This document shows positions 1 to 9,572 of a stretch of 31,654 nucleotides of DNA, piece by piece (position 1 is the stretch's first letter; each line of letters opens with the position of its first letter). The position numbers and the translations under genes are program-made. The stretch covers positions 1-31,654 of the forward strand of contig JBEKDF010000035.1 in NCBI GenBank assembly GCA_050014495.1, given 5' to 3'. This DNA is from Candidatus Bathyarchaeia archaeon. Lineage in GTDB: Archaea > Thermoproteota > Bathyarchaeia > TCS64. The notes beneath the pieces were generated by a model that had not been told where the DNA came from, ran no database searches, and worked only from the letters and a program-made list of their open reading frames with translations.

Positions 1-595
1 TTCTAACCTGATCTCTGTATATCTCTGAAGGGTCTCTGCTAACGTCGATACTCCTAGACTTAATTGAGAGCATTGCATAGCCACCCTTCCTCAGGAACAT
101 GTGTGCGTTCTTCACTACGATATCTGCTTGGTCGGGCTGTGCCACATCGGCGAAGATGGTCTCGACCTTTGGGACTTGGAGGGCATAGGCCTGAGGTTGG
201 CGGGCATCCCCCAGAATAGGGGTTATGTTTCTCCTGTACCTCGCAACTTGATCTACGAGGTCTCTTATAGGGCGGGGGGCGAAGTCAACACCCCAGACAT
301 GGCCCGACTCGCCAATTATGTCTGAGACGTGGCTGCACGTTGTGCCTGATGCCACTCCAAGGTAGAGAATCTTCGTACCGGGAACTATCGGGTTACGCTT
401 TAACCCCTTCATTATAGCGGCTCCGAGTTTGCTGCGGGAGGGGTTCCAGAGGCGATACTCTACTCCACTCAAATCGACTAGTTCCTCCCCATACACTCTT
501 CTCCCCGGCGTTAGATTTTGAGTTGCGAGTAGCCTCTGCCCATTATAATCTATGAAGTAGACTCCCGGAGTGTACTCAACAACACTTAGCCCCAA
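1..595 (-). CDS. flpA: Fibrillarin-like rRNA/tRNA 2'-O-methyltransferase (3' end runs off the window)
   Basis: Not in the ORF track. Manual translation from TTG at 595 gives [57 protein letters not shown] and IKSRSIDV, all fibrillarin hallmarks. Open to position 2 and downstream of nop5. Confidence 0.96.
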   Translation of the reverse strand, partial: MGLSVVEYTPGVYFIDYNGQRLLATQNLTPGRRVYGEELVDLSGVEYRLWNPSRSKLGAAIMKGLKRNPIVPGTKILYLGVASGTTCSHVSDIIGESGHVWGVDFAPRPIRDLVDQVARYRRNITPILGDARQPQAYALQVPKVETIFADVAQPDQADIVVKNAHMFLRKGGYAMLSIKSRSIDVSRDPSEIYRDQVR

Positions 596-601
596 ACGGG
601 G

Positions 602-904
602 CTACCTCGGTGTTGGATCAGCTGCCTCAGCGTCCGGGCCATCTGCGTCGATCACCCTCGCCTGGTCTATTGCAAGCTTCTGGAGCCACGTCATGGGAAC
701 CTGTAGTTCGCCGACCCTCTTCGCGAAGTGGTGGCAGTTGGGATATGCGGGTGTCTTGCATACCCTGGCAAAGAAATCCTTCGTTATCTCTACGTCACAT
801 TCAAAGATGAAGGGGCAGTCCTTCCGCCCGAACTTCTCTTGGAACGCCTCAGAGAACGTAGACACCCTATAGCCCCTCTGGAATGATACGCTGAGCCCCC
901 TCAT
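602..904 (-). CDS. Small hypothetical protein, Cys/His-rich (possible metal binding)
   Basis: ORF fills the gap between nop5 and fibrillarin, co-oriented, ending 6 nt before the flpA start. Contains CPF-x3-C-x12-C-x7-CHH. Start uncertain: ATG 904 chosen, track start 943 overlaps nop5. Confidence 0.65.
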   Translation of the reverse strand: MRGLSVSFQRGYRVSTFSEAFQEKFGRKDCPFIFECDVEITKDFFARVCKTPAYPNCHHFAKRVGELQVPMTWLQKLAIDQARVIDADGPDAEAADPTPR

Positions 905-914
905 TTTAAACCTT

Positions 915-2075
915 TCAGGGCTGGACGCGCCGTCTAGACCCAACTACCTGTGATGCTGCCTCGTCAAGTTCTTTCTTGAGTTGTTCCGCGATCATGTTAC
1001 CGCTGAAGGCGTCGGCCCTTGCAGCAATAGAAAGCTTCGCTGCCAAGTGGCGTGCGCGTAATCCCCTCAGTCCACGTGGAGCAGCATTTACATAAGGATG
1101 CTGAAAAATGAGCCCGTGTTTTGGGGGCCTTGCATTAGTCTTCACCGCTCTATAGAGCGCCTTCTCAGCACCCAGTATCTGTAGAGTACTGGATGGCATC
1201 ATGGCGAGCCGTTTTAGGCTGCCTGCCCTCTCGATGAGCTTCGCTGCCAGAGTCGGTCCAGCAATGGCTGATACGTTTGGGGCGGTCTCAGCAGCTATGC
1301 CGGAGATGTACTCCGTCAACCTGACCCTATACTCGTATAGTGAGAGAACCTGACTTGCGAGACGCTGCACCTCGTCGAGTTCCTCCACGCTCAGCGGTGC
1401 TCCCATTGATCCCTCAACCCCCTTTAAGATGCTAGTCTCCTCTCGTCTTTGCAACCCAAGGGCTTCGACATTTTCCGGAGTGGCTGAGGAGCGATTCCCA
1501 ATCTCCTTGATGAATTTAAGGTATTTCTCGTGATCGCGTATGATCCTACTAAGCTCCGGATAGTGGAGCCCATACCATTCTCTGACTCGGCTACTCAGCC
1601 CATTTAGACTCGTGTCTAGTTCACCAAGTAGCTGGACCGTCTGAGTTATCTGCGCCTCTTTACCACCTAGAGCGTCCTGAACGGCACCGCGGGTGAGGAT
1701 GGTTGAGACTTGACGTCCGAGGTCGTAGTAGCCCTCGTCGTCGCGGACAATGTTATTCTGGCGAGCAATCGTTGGTAGTTGCTCCCGGAGTTCATCGCCG
1801 AGGCTCGAGTCGACGACACTCACCTCAAGGCTAAATTCACCCCGGAGGGTCTCAGCAAGATCCTGATTAGTGGTTGTAACCCCATCGAAGCCTCTTTTTA
1901 TTACACCCTCGACGACCCTAGTGACCTCTTTAGTTACTTCGCCATTCCTCTGCCGAGTTATAGCACGCGCTATCTTCTCCGGCTCCTTCGGATAAAGTGC
2001 CTTCTCTATCACCCTTCCATCCTCTGTGAGGGCAAAAACACCTATTAGTGTCTCCTCGATGTGGGCTCTTGTCAA
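915..2075 (-). CDS. nop5: C/D box methylation guide RNP subunit Nop5 (Nop56/58)
   Basis: REWYGLHYPEL, APNVSAIAGPTLAAKLI, STLQILGAEKALYRA, PPKHGLIFQHP and LAAKLSIAARADAF are Nop-domain motifs. Confidence 0.96.
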   Translation of the reverse strand: MTRAHIEETLIGVFALTEDGRVIEKALYPKEPEKIARAITRQRNGEVTKEVTRVVEGVIKRGFDGVTTTNQDLAETLRGEFSLEVSVVDSSLGDELREQLPTIARQNNIVRDDEGYYDLGRQVSTILTRGAVQDALGGKEAQITQTVQLLGELDTSLNGLSSRVREWYGLHYPELSRIIRDHEKYLKFIKEIGNRSSATPENVEALGLQRREETSILKGVEGSMGAPLSVEELDEVQRLASQVLSLYEYRVRLTEYISGIAAETAPNVSAIAGPTLAAKLIERAGSLKRLAMMPSSTLQILGAEKALYRAVKTNARPPKHGLIFQHPYVNAAPRGLRGLRARHLAAKLSIAARADAFSGNMIAEQLKKELDEAASQVVGSRRRVQP

Positions 2076-2157
2076 GTCGGTCGCCTAGCCATCGCTTCAG
2101 TGATCGCCCTGGTCTTTCTAAACGTTATTGGGTAGCGAAACTTAGCCGGTTCCTTTC

Positions 2158-2553
2158 TCAACGAATCCCGGTGTCTATGTTGATCTGTAGAGTTGTGGTC
2201 TCACCCTGTTTAACGGTGACAGTCATAGGTAGGACGCGGGAGCAGCCCAAGAAGGTGCAGTTACTCATATCCAAGCTGTATGTGCCAGTTCTCACCTCAG
2301 CAGTAAAGAACCCAGTACCATTCATGGGAATTTCTATACGCGGCAGGAGAGTGCCTTCAAGGATGATCTCCCTCGATGTGTAAACTTCCGGTGGGGGGCT
2401 ACTCCCCCCGATGGGCTCAACGGGTGTCCAGGGCCCTATTGTAACCCTGCCCTCTATGGTTCCAACACCTAAGCTGGAGGAGTAAACTATGGATAAGGAA
2501 ACAAGGATCAGTAGTCCGAGGGCCAGTGCCAACACAATACTACCTGTCCTCAA
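2158..2553 (-). CDS. Hypothetical membrane-anchored/secreted protein with a small beta-sandwich (carboxypeptidase-regulatory-like) domain
   Basis: N-terminal hydrophobic helix, then GTIEGRVTIGP, GFFTAEVRTGTYSL and VTVKQGETTTLQINIDTGIR. Confidence 0.7.
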   Translation of the reverse strand: MRTGSIVLALALGLLILVSLSIVYSSSLGVGTIEGRVTIGPWTPVEPIGGSSPPPEVYTSREIILEGTLLPRIEIPMNGTGFFTAEVRTGTYSLDMSNCTFLGCSRVLPMTVTVKQGETTTLQINIDTGIR

Positions 2554-2639
2554 GTGTTTCCATGTTAGTGCATGGATCGGTGCTTAATAGACTCCGTAGC
2601 CTCGATGGACACCTTTAATTTGGAGAAGGTAAACTTACA

Positions 2640-3566
2640 GTGGTCGGCTTGACTGGGAAAGGTTTAGCCGTTGAAATAGCCGGATTAAGGCTTCGCTCCC
2701 CAACGATGAATGCCTCGGGTGTTCTCGGGATGTCGGCATCACTTCTGAAACGTGTCTACAACTCGGGGGCGGGTGCCGTAGTGACAAAGAGTCTCGGCCC
2801 AGCTGCGAGGCCGGGACACATCAACCCAACCGTCGTCGAAGTCGAGGGTGGCCTCCTTAACGCCATGGGTCTTCCCAACCCCGGTGTCGAGAGCTACCTC
2901 AATGAACTCGGTGAGCTAAAGGTTGAGGGTGTGCCGGTCGTGGCGAGTTTTTTCGCTTCAACCGTCGAGGAGTTCCAGTCAGACGCCAAGATGTTGGCTG
3001 GGGCAGGTGCTGATGCATTAGAGCTTAACCTAAGCTGCCCCAACGTGGGTGGTGAGCCGGGGATGTGTGCTGCCGACGCGATCAGTGTCGAAAGAATCAC
3101 GCGGTCCGTGAAGGACTTTGTCAATATCCCAGTCTTCGTGAAGCTCTCCCCAAACGTAAGCGACATCGCTAGCATAGCAGTTTCAGCCGAGAATGGTGGC
3201 GCTGATGCCATAACCGCGGTGAATACATTAAAGGCGATGGCGATCGACATCGACTTCAGGCGGCCCATTCTCACAAATGTCACAGGAGGGTTATCTGGTC
3301 CTGCAATCAAGTCAGTCGCGCTTCGCTGCGTCTGGGAAATAGCTGAGGTGGTTAAGGTGCCGATAATCGGCTGTGGCGGTGTGGCTAACTGGCGCGATGC
3401 AGTCGAATATATACTCGCGGGTGCGTCAGCAGTCGAGATAGGTACCGCCGTTATGAACCATGGCTTCGAGGTCTACGAGAAGGTCAACGACGGTGTGGCG
3501 AATTACCTCGAGGAGAATGGCTTTGGTTCCGTCTCTGAAGTCGTGGGCCTCGCCCACAGAGGGTGA
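2640..3566 (+). CDS. pyrD: Dihydroorotate dehydrogenase family 1B, catalytic subunit
   Basis: NASG, KS, LNAMGLPNPG, ELNLSCPN, VKLSPN, NT, GGLSG and IIGCGG motifs. Confidence 0.96.
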   Translation: MVGLTGKGLAVEIAGLRLRSPTMNASGVLGMSASLLKRVYNSGAGAVVTKSLGPAARPGHINPTVVEVEGGLLNAMGLPNPGVESYLNELGELKVEGVPVVASFFASTVEEFQSDAKMLAGAGADALELNLSCPNVGGEPGMCAADAISVERITRSVKDFVNIPVFVKLSPNVSDIASIAVSAENGGADAITAVNTLKAMAIDIDFRRPILTNVTGGLSGPAIKSVALRCVWEIAEVVKVPIIGCGGVANWRDAVEYILAGASAVEIGTAVMNHGFEVYEKVNDGVANYLEENGFGSVSEVVGLAHRG

Positions 3567-3570
3567 TCCC

Positions 3571-4353
3571 ATGACAGTTGTGAAGATCGAGAGAATTGAA
3601 AAAGACGCGTTAGATATTTATACCTTCTACTTCCCAGCCATCGCCGAGGCTCGCCCCGGGCAGTATGTCATGGTATGGATCCCTGGCGTCGACGAGGTGC
3701 CGATGAGCCTTTCTAGCCTCGGTAAGACGTTGAGTATCACCGTCAAGGTGGTCGGTGAAGCGACGCAGGCTCTATCCGAACTTAAGGCTGGTGACAAAAT
3801 CGGTGTTCGCGGCCCCTTTGGTAATGGATATACCGCGAATGGAAGGACACCGATGATGGTCGGGGGTGGAACCGGGATAGCATCCCTCGCACCTCTCGCT
3901 GAGGAGATGGTAGGAAAGGGAATCAACCCCACCTTCATCATAGGCGCCCGCAGCATTGATCAACTATTATTTAAGGGGCGTCTCAGTCGGCTCCTCGGGT
4001 TCAACCTCCTCGTCTCTACCGATGACGGCTCCGAAGGCTACCATGGGTACGCCAGCAACCTCGCCACTGAGATAATGTCCCGCAGGAGATTTGACCAGGT
4101 CTACATATGTGGCCCCGAGATCATGGCCGCAAAGATATGGGCGAAGGCGGATAGACTCGGGATACCAACTCAAGCCAGCCTCGAGAGGTTCTGCAAGTGT
4201 GCCGTCGGCCTCTGTGGGAGCTGTGCCATCGGCCCATATAGAGTCTGCAGAGACGGGCCAGTTTTCGATTCGGCTAGTCTGCGGGAGATCGCTGTAGACT
4301 TCGGGAAGAGACGAATGGACGCCTCAGGACGGATAATAAAAGTAGATCACTGA
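3571..4353 (+). CDS. pyrK: Dihydroorotate dehydrogenase electron transfer subunit
   Basis: PGQYVMVW, GVRGPFGNG, GGGTGIA, CGPE and the 2Fe-2S motif CAVGLCGSC-x7-CRDGPVF. ATG 3571 follows the pyrD stop; the track start at 3460 is too far upstream. Confidence 0.95.
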   Translation: MTVVKIERIEKDALDIYTFYFPAIAEARPGQYVMVWIPGVDEVPMSLSSLGKTLSITVKVVGEATQALSELKAGDKIGVRGPFGNGYTANGRTPMMVGGGTGIASLAPLAEEMVGKGINPTFIIGARSIDQLLFKGRLSRLLGFNLLVSTDDGSEGYHGYASNLATEIMSRRRFDQVYICGPEIMAAKIWAKADRLGIPTQASLERFCKCAVGLCGSCAIGPYRVCRDGPVFDSASLREIAVDFGKRRMDASGRIIKVDH

Positions 4354-4478
4354 AGTAACTGTTTTCTATCATTGAAAAATTCTATACATGTCCAGCGATA
4401 AGGCAAGTGTAGATTTTCTCTTATAGTGTCGCGTGCTCCTCGCTATTGAATGATATACAACGCATTCTCGAGACTCTA

Positions 4479-4490
4479 GAAAGGTTTATA
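4479..4490 (+). promoter_or_regulatory. Probable BRE/TATA promoter of the S30e-elp3 unit
   Basis: Purine run followed by TTTATA about 35 nt upstream of ATG 4525. Confidence 0.5.
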
Positions 4491-4524
4491 GTCTTATGCC
4501 CTGTAAGAAGACGGCGGTAATCTA

Positions 4525-4704
4525 ATGCCGACGCACGGTTCTCTGACGAAGGCCGGTAAGGTCAGGGCTCAGACGCCCAAGATCGAGCCGCAGCCAAGGA
4601 CTCACCTCGCCCCAAAGAGAAAGACAAGGGCCAACTACATTAAGAGAGTAGTCCACGCGCCACGAGACGACCGCCGCGGCGGTGACCGCAGGCAGCGTTT
4701 TTAA
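4525..4704 (+). CDS. rps30e: 30S ribosomal protein S30e
   Basis: Not in the ORF track (59 aa). Translation MPTHGSLTKAGKVRAQTPKIEPQPRTHLAPKRKTRANYIKRVVHAPRDDRRGGDRRQRF carries the HGSLxKAGKVRxQTPK signature. Confidence 0.95.
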   Translation: MPTHGSLTKAGKVRAQTPKIEPQPRTHLAPKRKTRANYIKRVVHAPRDDRRGGDRRQRF

Positions 4705-4731
4705 GCCTCTCGAAGCCTATTTGGATCAGTT

Positions 4732-6294
4732 TTGGATCGCGCCTTCAGGGAGATCGTAGACAAGCTTCTTCAGATAAATGGCCCTACCAGATCTGACCTA
4801 GATCAGGTCAAGATAGAAGTTGCCCGAGCTCATGGGTTGCCACAGATCCCCCGTAACTCTGAGATCCTAGCGACCCTGTCTATTGAAGAGTCAGAACTTC
4901 TGCTCCCCATACTAAGGAGGAAGGAGGCACGTACCCTCAGCGGCGTGAGTGTCGTCGCTGTGATGACTGCACCCTATCCCTGCCCACACGGGCGCTGTGC
5001 CTACTGCCCAGGTGGTCCCGACGAGGACAGCCCACAGAGCTATACTGGGTACGAGCCGGCTGCGATGAGGGGTGCCCAGAACGAGTACGATCCCTATCGG
5101 CAAGTCAAGGCTCGTATCAAGCAGCTCAAAACCATCGGACACATCGTTGATAAGGTCGACCTAATAATCATGGGTGGCACCTTCCCCGCATCACCACGCG
5201 ACTATCAGGAAGGCTTCGTGAAAGGGTGCCTCGACGCTCTAACCGACACTCCCTCAGTAAACCTTACCGAGGCTAAACTTAACGCCGAGGAGTCAGGTAT
5301 AAGGAATGTTGGCATAACCGTCGAAACTCGACCCGACTGCATAAAGGAAGAAGACGTAAATGGGATGCTGGAGCTCGGTGTCACACGTGTCGAGCTCGGC
5401 GTCCAGAACATCTATGATGACATCTATAGAAGGGTCGGCAGGGGGCACTCTGTGCAGGATGTGATAGATGCTACTGTTCACCTCAAGGACTCCGCCCTCA
5501 AGATCTGCTATCACATGATGCCTGGCCTACCAGGATCGAGCCCTGAGAGAGACCTAGAGGGATTCAGAACCATCTTCGAGGACCCATGCTTCAAACCGGA
5601 CATGCTTAAAATATACCCTACTCTCGTCGTTAAGGGTACACGGCTCTACGATTGGTGGAAGCGAGGCGAGTATACGCCCCTCGAGACGGAGGAGGCAGCG
5701 GAGCTGGTCTCAAAGGTCATGGAGATCACACCCCTGTGGGTTAGGATAATGCGGGTCCAGCGAGACATACCACTCCAGCGAATAGATGCGGGTGTTGATA
5801 TGAGTAATCTGAGACAGCTCGCCGAGGATCGCCTTACAGCTCGTGGCATGCGTTGCAGGTGCATTCGCTGCAGGGAGGCGGGCCACTCCATGAAGAAGGC
5901 TGATCCCGGAAGGGTTAAGATCACTCACACAGTCTATGAAGCGTCAGGGGGTATAGAAGATTTTATTCAAGCGGAGGACAGGGAGGCGGACGCCCTCATC
6001 GGCTTCGTCAGGCTCAGGATGCCCTATGAACCTTTCCGACCCGAGTTAGACGCCCATACAGGGCTTATTCGGGAGCTACATGTTTACGGGCGCATGGTCC
6101 CCGTCGGGGAAAAGCGGGATGACGCTTGGCAGCACAAGGGTTGGGGAGAGGCTCTTATGGCGGAGGCGGAAAGGGCAGCGCGTGAGCGCTTCGATATGCG
6201 TCGTATGGTCGTAATGAGCGCTCTCGGTACAAAGCGATACTACACCCGCCTCGGATATGAGAAGCAGGGCGTCTACGTTGCTAAGCCCATTTGA
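4732..6294 (+). CDS. elp3: Elp3 tRNA uridine(34) acetyltransferase (radical SAM + KAT)
   Basis: RTLSGVSVVAVM, CPHGRCAYCPGG, QSYTGYEP, ETRPD, KIYPTLV, RVQRDIP, RELHVYG and QHKGWG. Confidence 0.96.
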   Translation: MDRAFREIVDKLLQINGPTRSDLDQVKIEVARAHGLPQIPRNSEILATLSIEESELLLPILRRKEARTLSGVSVVAVMTAPYPCPHGRCAYCPGGPDEDSPQSYTGYEPAAMRGAQNEYDPYRQVKARIKQLKTIGHIVDKVDLIIMGGTFPASPRDYQEGFVKGCLDALTDTPSVNLTEAKLNAEESGIRNVGITVETRPDCIKEEDVNGMLELGVTRVELGVQNIYDDIYRRVGRGHSVQDVIDATVHLKDSALKICYHMMPGLPGSSPERDLEGFRTIFEDPCFKPDMLKIYPTLVVKGTRLYDWWKRGEYTPLETEEAAELVSKVMEITPLWVRIMRVQRDIPLQRIDAGVDMSNLRQLAEDRLTARGMRCRCIRCREAGHSMKKADPGRVKITHTVYEASGGIEDFIQAEDREADALIGFVRLRMPYEPFRPELDAHTGLIRELHVYGRMVPVGEKRDDAWQHKGWGEALMAEAERAARERFDMRRMVVMSALGTKRYYTRLGYEKQGVYVAKPI

Positions 6295-6342
6295 CCCACA
6301 TCTCTTAATACCCGGAGCAGCCGTAGAAATTCCTGATTCTAG

Positions 6343-7674
6343 ATGGCTGCCGAGTCTCTCCCCGGCTACAGAGGGAAGCTAAGAGAACTTCTTATTCATT
6401 CCAAGGTCGGCGTAGGGGACCTCGTAAGAGTAAACAAGGTTGGCGAGGTTTACGAGGGTACACTTCTGCCCCGTGTCGAGAACGCGGACGATTGGCACCT
6501 GATCATTAAGCAGAAGACAGGCTACAACATAGGGATCGCCATAACTGACGACCTCCGATTAGAGAAGATCGGAGAGGCGGTCAAGCCAGAGTTTAGGCCG
6601 CCGCCGCTCCCCCCCGTTAAGGTTGGATTGCCCAAGGTCAGCATAATAAGCACGGGTGGCACCATCGCGAGCCGAGTAGACTACGTCACGGGCGGCGTCT
6701 ATGCCGCAATGTCGAGTCGGGATCTCTTAAGTATCGTCCCAGAGCTGGCGGATATCGCCCAGATCGAGGCCGACATCCTCTACAGCGTCTTCAGTGAGAA
6801 CATAAACTCGGACCACTGGGAGGGAATGGCGAAGAGGGTCGCGGAGAAGATCAAGCAGGGCGTGGATGGTATCGTCATCACCCACGGAACAGATACGATG
6901 GGGTACAGCACAGCTGCCCTCACGCTGGCGATTCAGAACCTCCCGATCCCCGTAATCTTCGTCGGCAGCCAGCGTAGCAGCGACCGCCCAAGTAGCGACT
7001 CCGCCACGAATCTAGTAGCCGTCGTCAATGCAGCTGCCCACGCCCCCTTCGCCGAGGTAGTCCTCGGTATGCACGAGGGCACGAGTGACGACTCCATAAT
7101 CTTCCATCCCGGCGCCAAGGTACGTAAGTGCCATTCCAGCGCCCGCTACGCCTTCCAAACAGTGAACGCGAGCCCAGTCGCCCGCTTTAAAGATGGCAAG
7201 ATCGAGATGATCACTGAACACTACAGACCACGCCAGAACTCTGAGCCAGTCATCATGAATAAATTCGAGAAGAAGGTAGCTCTCATAAAATTCCACCCAA
7301 ATTTCGACCCTATTATAGTCGACGCCATTATAGACGCAGGCTTCCGTGGAATAGTGTTTGAGGGGACAGGTCTTGGCCACGTCTCCGAGAGACTATACGA
7401 TGCCATCGGCCGTGCTGGGAAGGCTGGGATTCTAATGGGAATGACGAGCCAATGCATCTGGGGGCGCGTCAACATGAATGTATACAGTATGGGACGGGAG
7501 CTTACCCGACGCGGCGTCGAACCCCTGGAGGATATGTTACCCGAAACTGCCCTCGTAAAGATGATGTGGAGCCTCGGTAACACTGGCAGTAGCGAGGAGG
7601 CGAAGATACTACTAAAGACAAACGTTGCCGGGGAGTACAATCCCAGAACCCCATATGCGAGGAGGGAGAAGTGA
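6343..7674 (+). CDS. gatD: Glu-tRNA(Gln) amidotransferase subunit D
   Basis: GYNIG, STGGTIASRVDYVTG, HGTDT, GSQRSSDRPSSD and DMLPETALVK. Confidence 0.97.
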   Translation: MAAESLPGYRGKLRELLIHSKVGVGDLVRVNKVGEVYEGTLLPRVENADDWHLIIKQKTGYNIGIAITDDLRLEKIGEAVKPEFRPPPLPPVKVGLPKVSIISTGGTIASRVDYVTGGVYAAMSSRDLLSIVPELADIAQIEADILYSVFSENINSDHWEGMAKRVAEKIKQGVDGIVITHGTDTMGYSTAALTLAIQNLPIPVIFVGSQRSSDRPSSDSATNLVAVVNAAAHAPFAEVVLGMHEGTSDDSIIFHPGAKVRKCHSSARYAFQTVNASPVARFKDGKIEMITEHYRPRQNSEPVIMNKFEKKVALIKFHPNFDPIIVDAIIDAGFRGIVFEGTGLGHVSERLYDAIGRAGKAGILMGMTSQCIWGRVNMNVYSMGRELTRRGVEPLEDMLPETALVKMMWSLGNTGSSEEAKILLKTNVAGEYNPRTPYARREK

Positions 7675-9572
7675 TGGATTACAAAAAGATCATCCTAAAG
7701 GTCGGCATCGAAGTCCATCAGGAGCTAGCCACGATGCACAAGTTGTTCTGCAGCTGCCCCCCGAAACTCAGTGAAGCTGAGCCAGAGTACAGGTTCCTCC
7801 GCCGTCTTCGTCCCAGCCAGAGCGAGCTCGGCGAGTTCGACCCTGCCGCCCTCTTTGAGTTCCTAAAAGGAAAGACTATCCAATATGAGGCAGATAGCTC
7901 TTCGACATGCCTCGTGGAGATGGATGAAGAGCCACCAGGGCCACTAGACCCTGAGACACTCGATCTCACACTCAGCTTTTCCCTCATGGTTGGGAGCCAA
8001 CCCGTGGACGAGGTACATGTTATGCGTAAGACAGTTGTCGATGGAAGTAACACAGGTGGATTCCAGCGTACTTGTGTTGTGAGCCTTGGTGGCGAAGTCG
8101 ACGTCGATGGAAGGCGATATGGTATCCAGCAGATCAGCCTCGAGGAGGATGCTGCAAGGAACGTGGGCGAGGAAGGGAACATAATTCGCTACCGCCTCGA
8201 CCGCCTCGGGATACCTCTGATGGAGATCGTTACAGCGCCAGATATGCATGACCCCGTTGAAGTCCAGTCCGTCGCCCTTAGGATTGGTAGCATCCTCCGC
8301 GCCACCGGGAAGGTCCGCCGCGGAATTGGAACCATACGACAGGACATTAACGTCTCCATAATGAACGGAAAGGTCGTCGAGATCAAGGGCGTCCAAGACC
8401 TCCCAATGATGCCGACTATTGTCGAGTACGAGGCCCAGAGGCAGTGGGGTCTTCTGGAAATTAAGAAGGAGTTAGCCACGAGAGGGGTGAAGCCCGAGCA
8501 CATCATGGACGAGCAATTCGACGTCTCTGGCGTCTTTAAGGCAACCGAGTCCAAGATACTTAGAAGTGCTCTGAAGTCAGGAGGCGTGGTAAAGGCAGTG
8601 ATACTCCACGGTTTCGCGGGCCTAACAGGCAAGGAACTCTGCCCCAATAGACGACTGGGTACCGAGATGAGCGACCACGCCAAATACCGAGGCGGGGTAA
8701 AAGGAATATTCCACACCGACGAGCTCCCAGGTTATAGCATCACCCAGACCGAGGTCGACGCCTTGCGGTCTGCGGTCTCCGCCAAGGAGGAGGATGCCAT
8801 AGTCATCGTCGCAGACAACGCTGAGAAGAGTAGACGCGCCCTCACAGCAGTTGTAGAACGTGCAAAAGAAGTCTTCGAAGGGATTCCCTTCGAGACTAGA
8901 GCAGCGAACCCGGATGGGACCACAAGGTTCACACGGCCACGTCCTGGCGCCGCTCGTATGTATCCTGAGACCGATGTCAAAGCTATAACAATAACACCTG
9001 AGCACTTAGAGCAGCTCAAGAGGAGTCTCCCTGAGATGCCGGAGGTGAAGCTCAAACGTTTCCAGAAGGACTACGGTCTCAATGAGAAGCTCGCGAGGCA
9101 GATCGTCGACAGCGAGTACATGAGTCTCTTCGAGGAGCTTACCCACGAATACGAAGAGCTGACAACTTTAGTCGCAGTGACCCTCACTGAAGACCTGAAA
9201 AAGCTACAGAGAGATGGTATCCCCGTTGAAGCACTAACAGACAACGCCATATGCAGCACTTTTGCCCTAGTGAGCTGCGGGGAGACGGTGAAAGAATCGG
9301 TCCCAGCGATACTCACATGGCTCTCCACGAACACAACTCGAAATGCTAGGGATGCCATCTCCGCTCTCGACCTCGGTATGATGTCTGAGGAGAAGCTTGC
9401 CTCCATCGTCGAGGCGAAGATTAAAGCAAATTCTGAGATGATCGCCAAAATGGGTGAGAAGGCCACTGGGCCCATAATGGGTGCCATTATGGCGGAGGTC
9501 CGAGGGAAGGCGAAAGCCTCCGATGTTCAGATAATGATAGCAGTGAAGTTAAAAGAAGCTATGGCAAAGTAG
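7671..9572 (+). CDS. gatE: Glu-tRNA(Gln) amidotransferase subunit E
   Basis: GIEVHQEL, KLFC, RKTVVDGSNTGGFQRT, LEEDAAR, GTIRQDINVSI and RPRPGAARMYPETD. Overlaps the gatD stop. Confidence 0.97.
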   Translation: MMDYKKIILKVGIEVHQELATMHKLFCSCPPKLSEAEPEYRFLRRLRPSQSELGEFDPAALFEFLKGKTIQYEADSSSTCLVEMDEEPPGPLDPETLDLTLSFSLMVGSQPVDEVHVMRKTVVDGSNTGGFQRTCVVSLGGEVDVDGRRYGIQQISLEEDAARNVGEEGNIIRYRLDRLGIPLMEIVTAPDMHDPVEVQSVALRIGSILRATGKVRRGIGTIRQDINVSIMNGKVVEIKGVQDLPMMPTIVEYEAQRQWGLLEIKKELATRGVKPEHIMDEQFDVSGVFKATESKILRSALKSGGVVKAVILHGFAGLTGKELCPNRRLGTEMSDHAKYRGGVKGIFHTDELPGYSITQTEVDALRSAVSAKEEDAIVIVADNAEKSRRALTAVVERAKEVFEGIPFETRAANPDGTTRFTRPRPGAARMYPETDVKAITITPEHLEQLKRSLPEMPEVKLKRFQKDYGLNEKLARQIVDSEYMSLFEELTHEYEELTTLVAVTLTEDLKKLQRDGIPVEALTDNAICSTFALVSCGETVKESVPAILTWLSTNTTRNARDAISALDLGMMSEEKLASIVEAKIKANSEMIAKMGEKATGPIMGAIMAEVRGKAKASDVQIMIAVKLKEAMAK

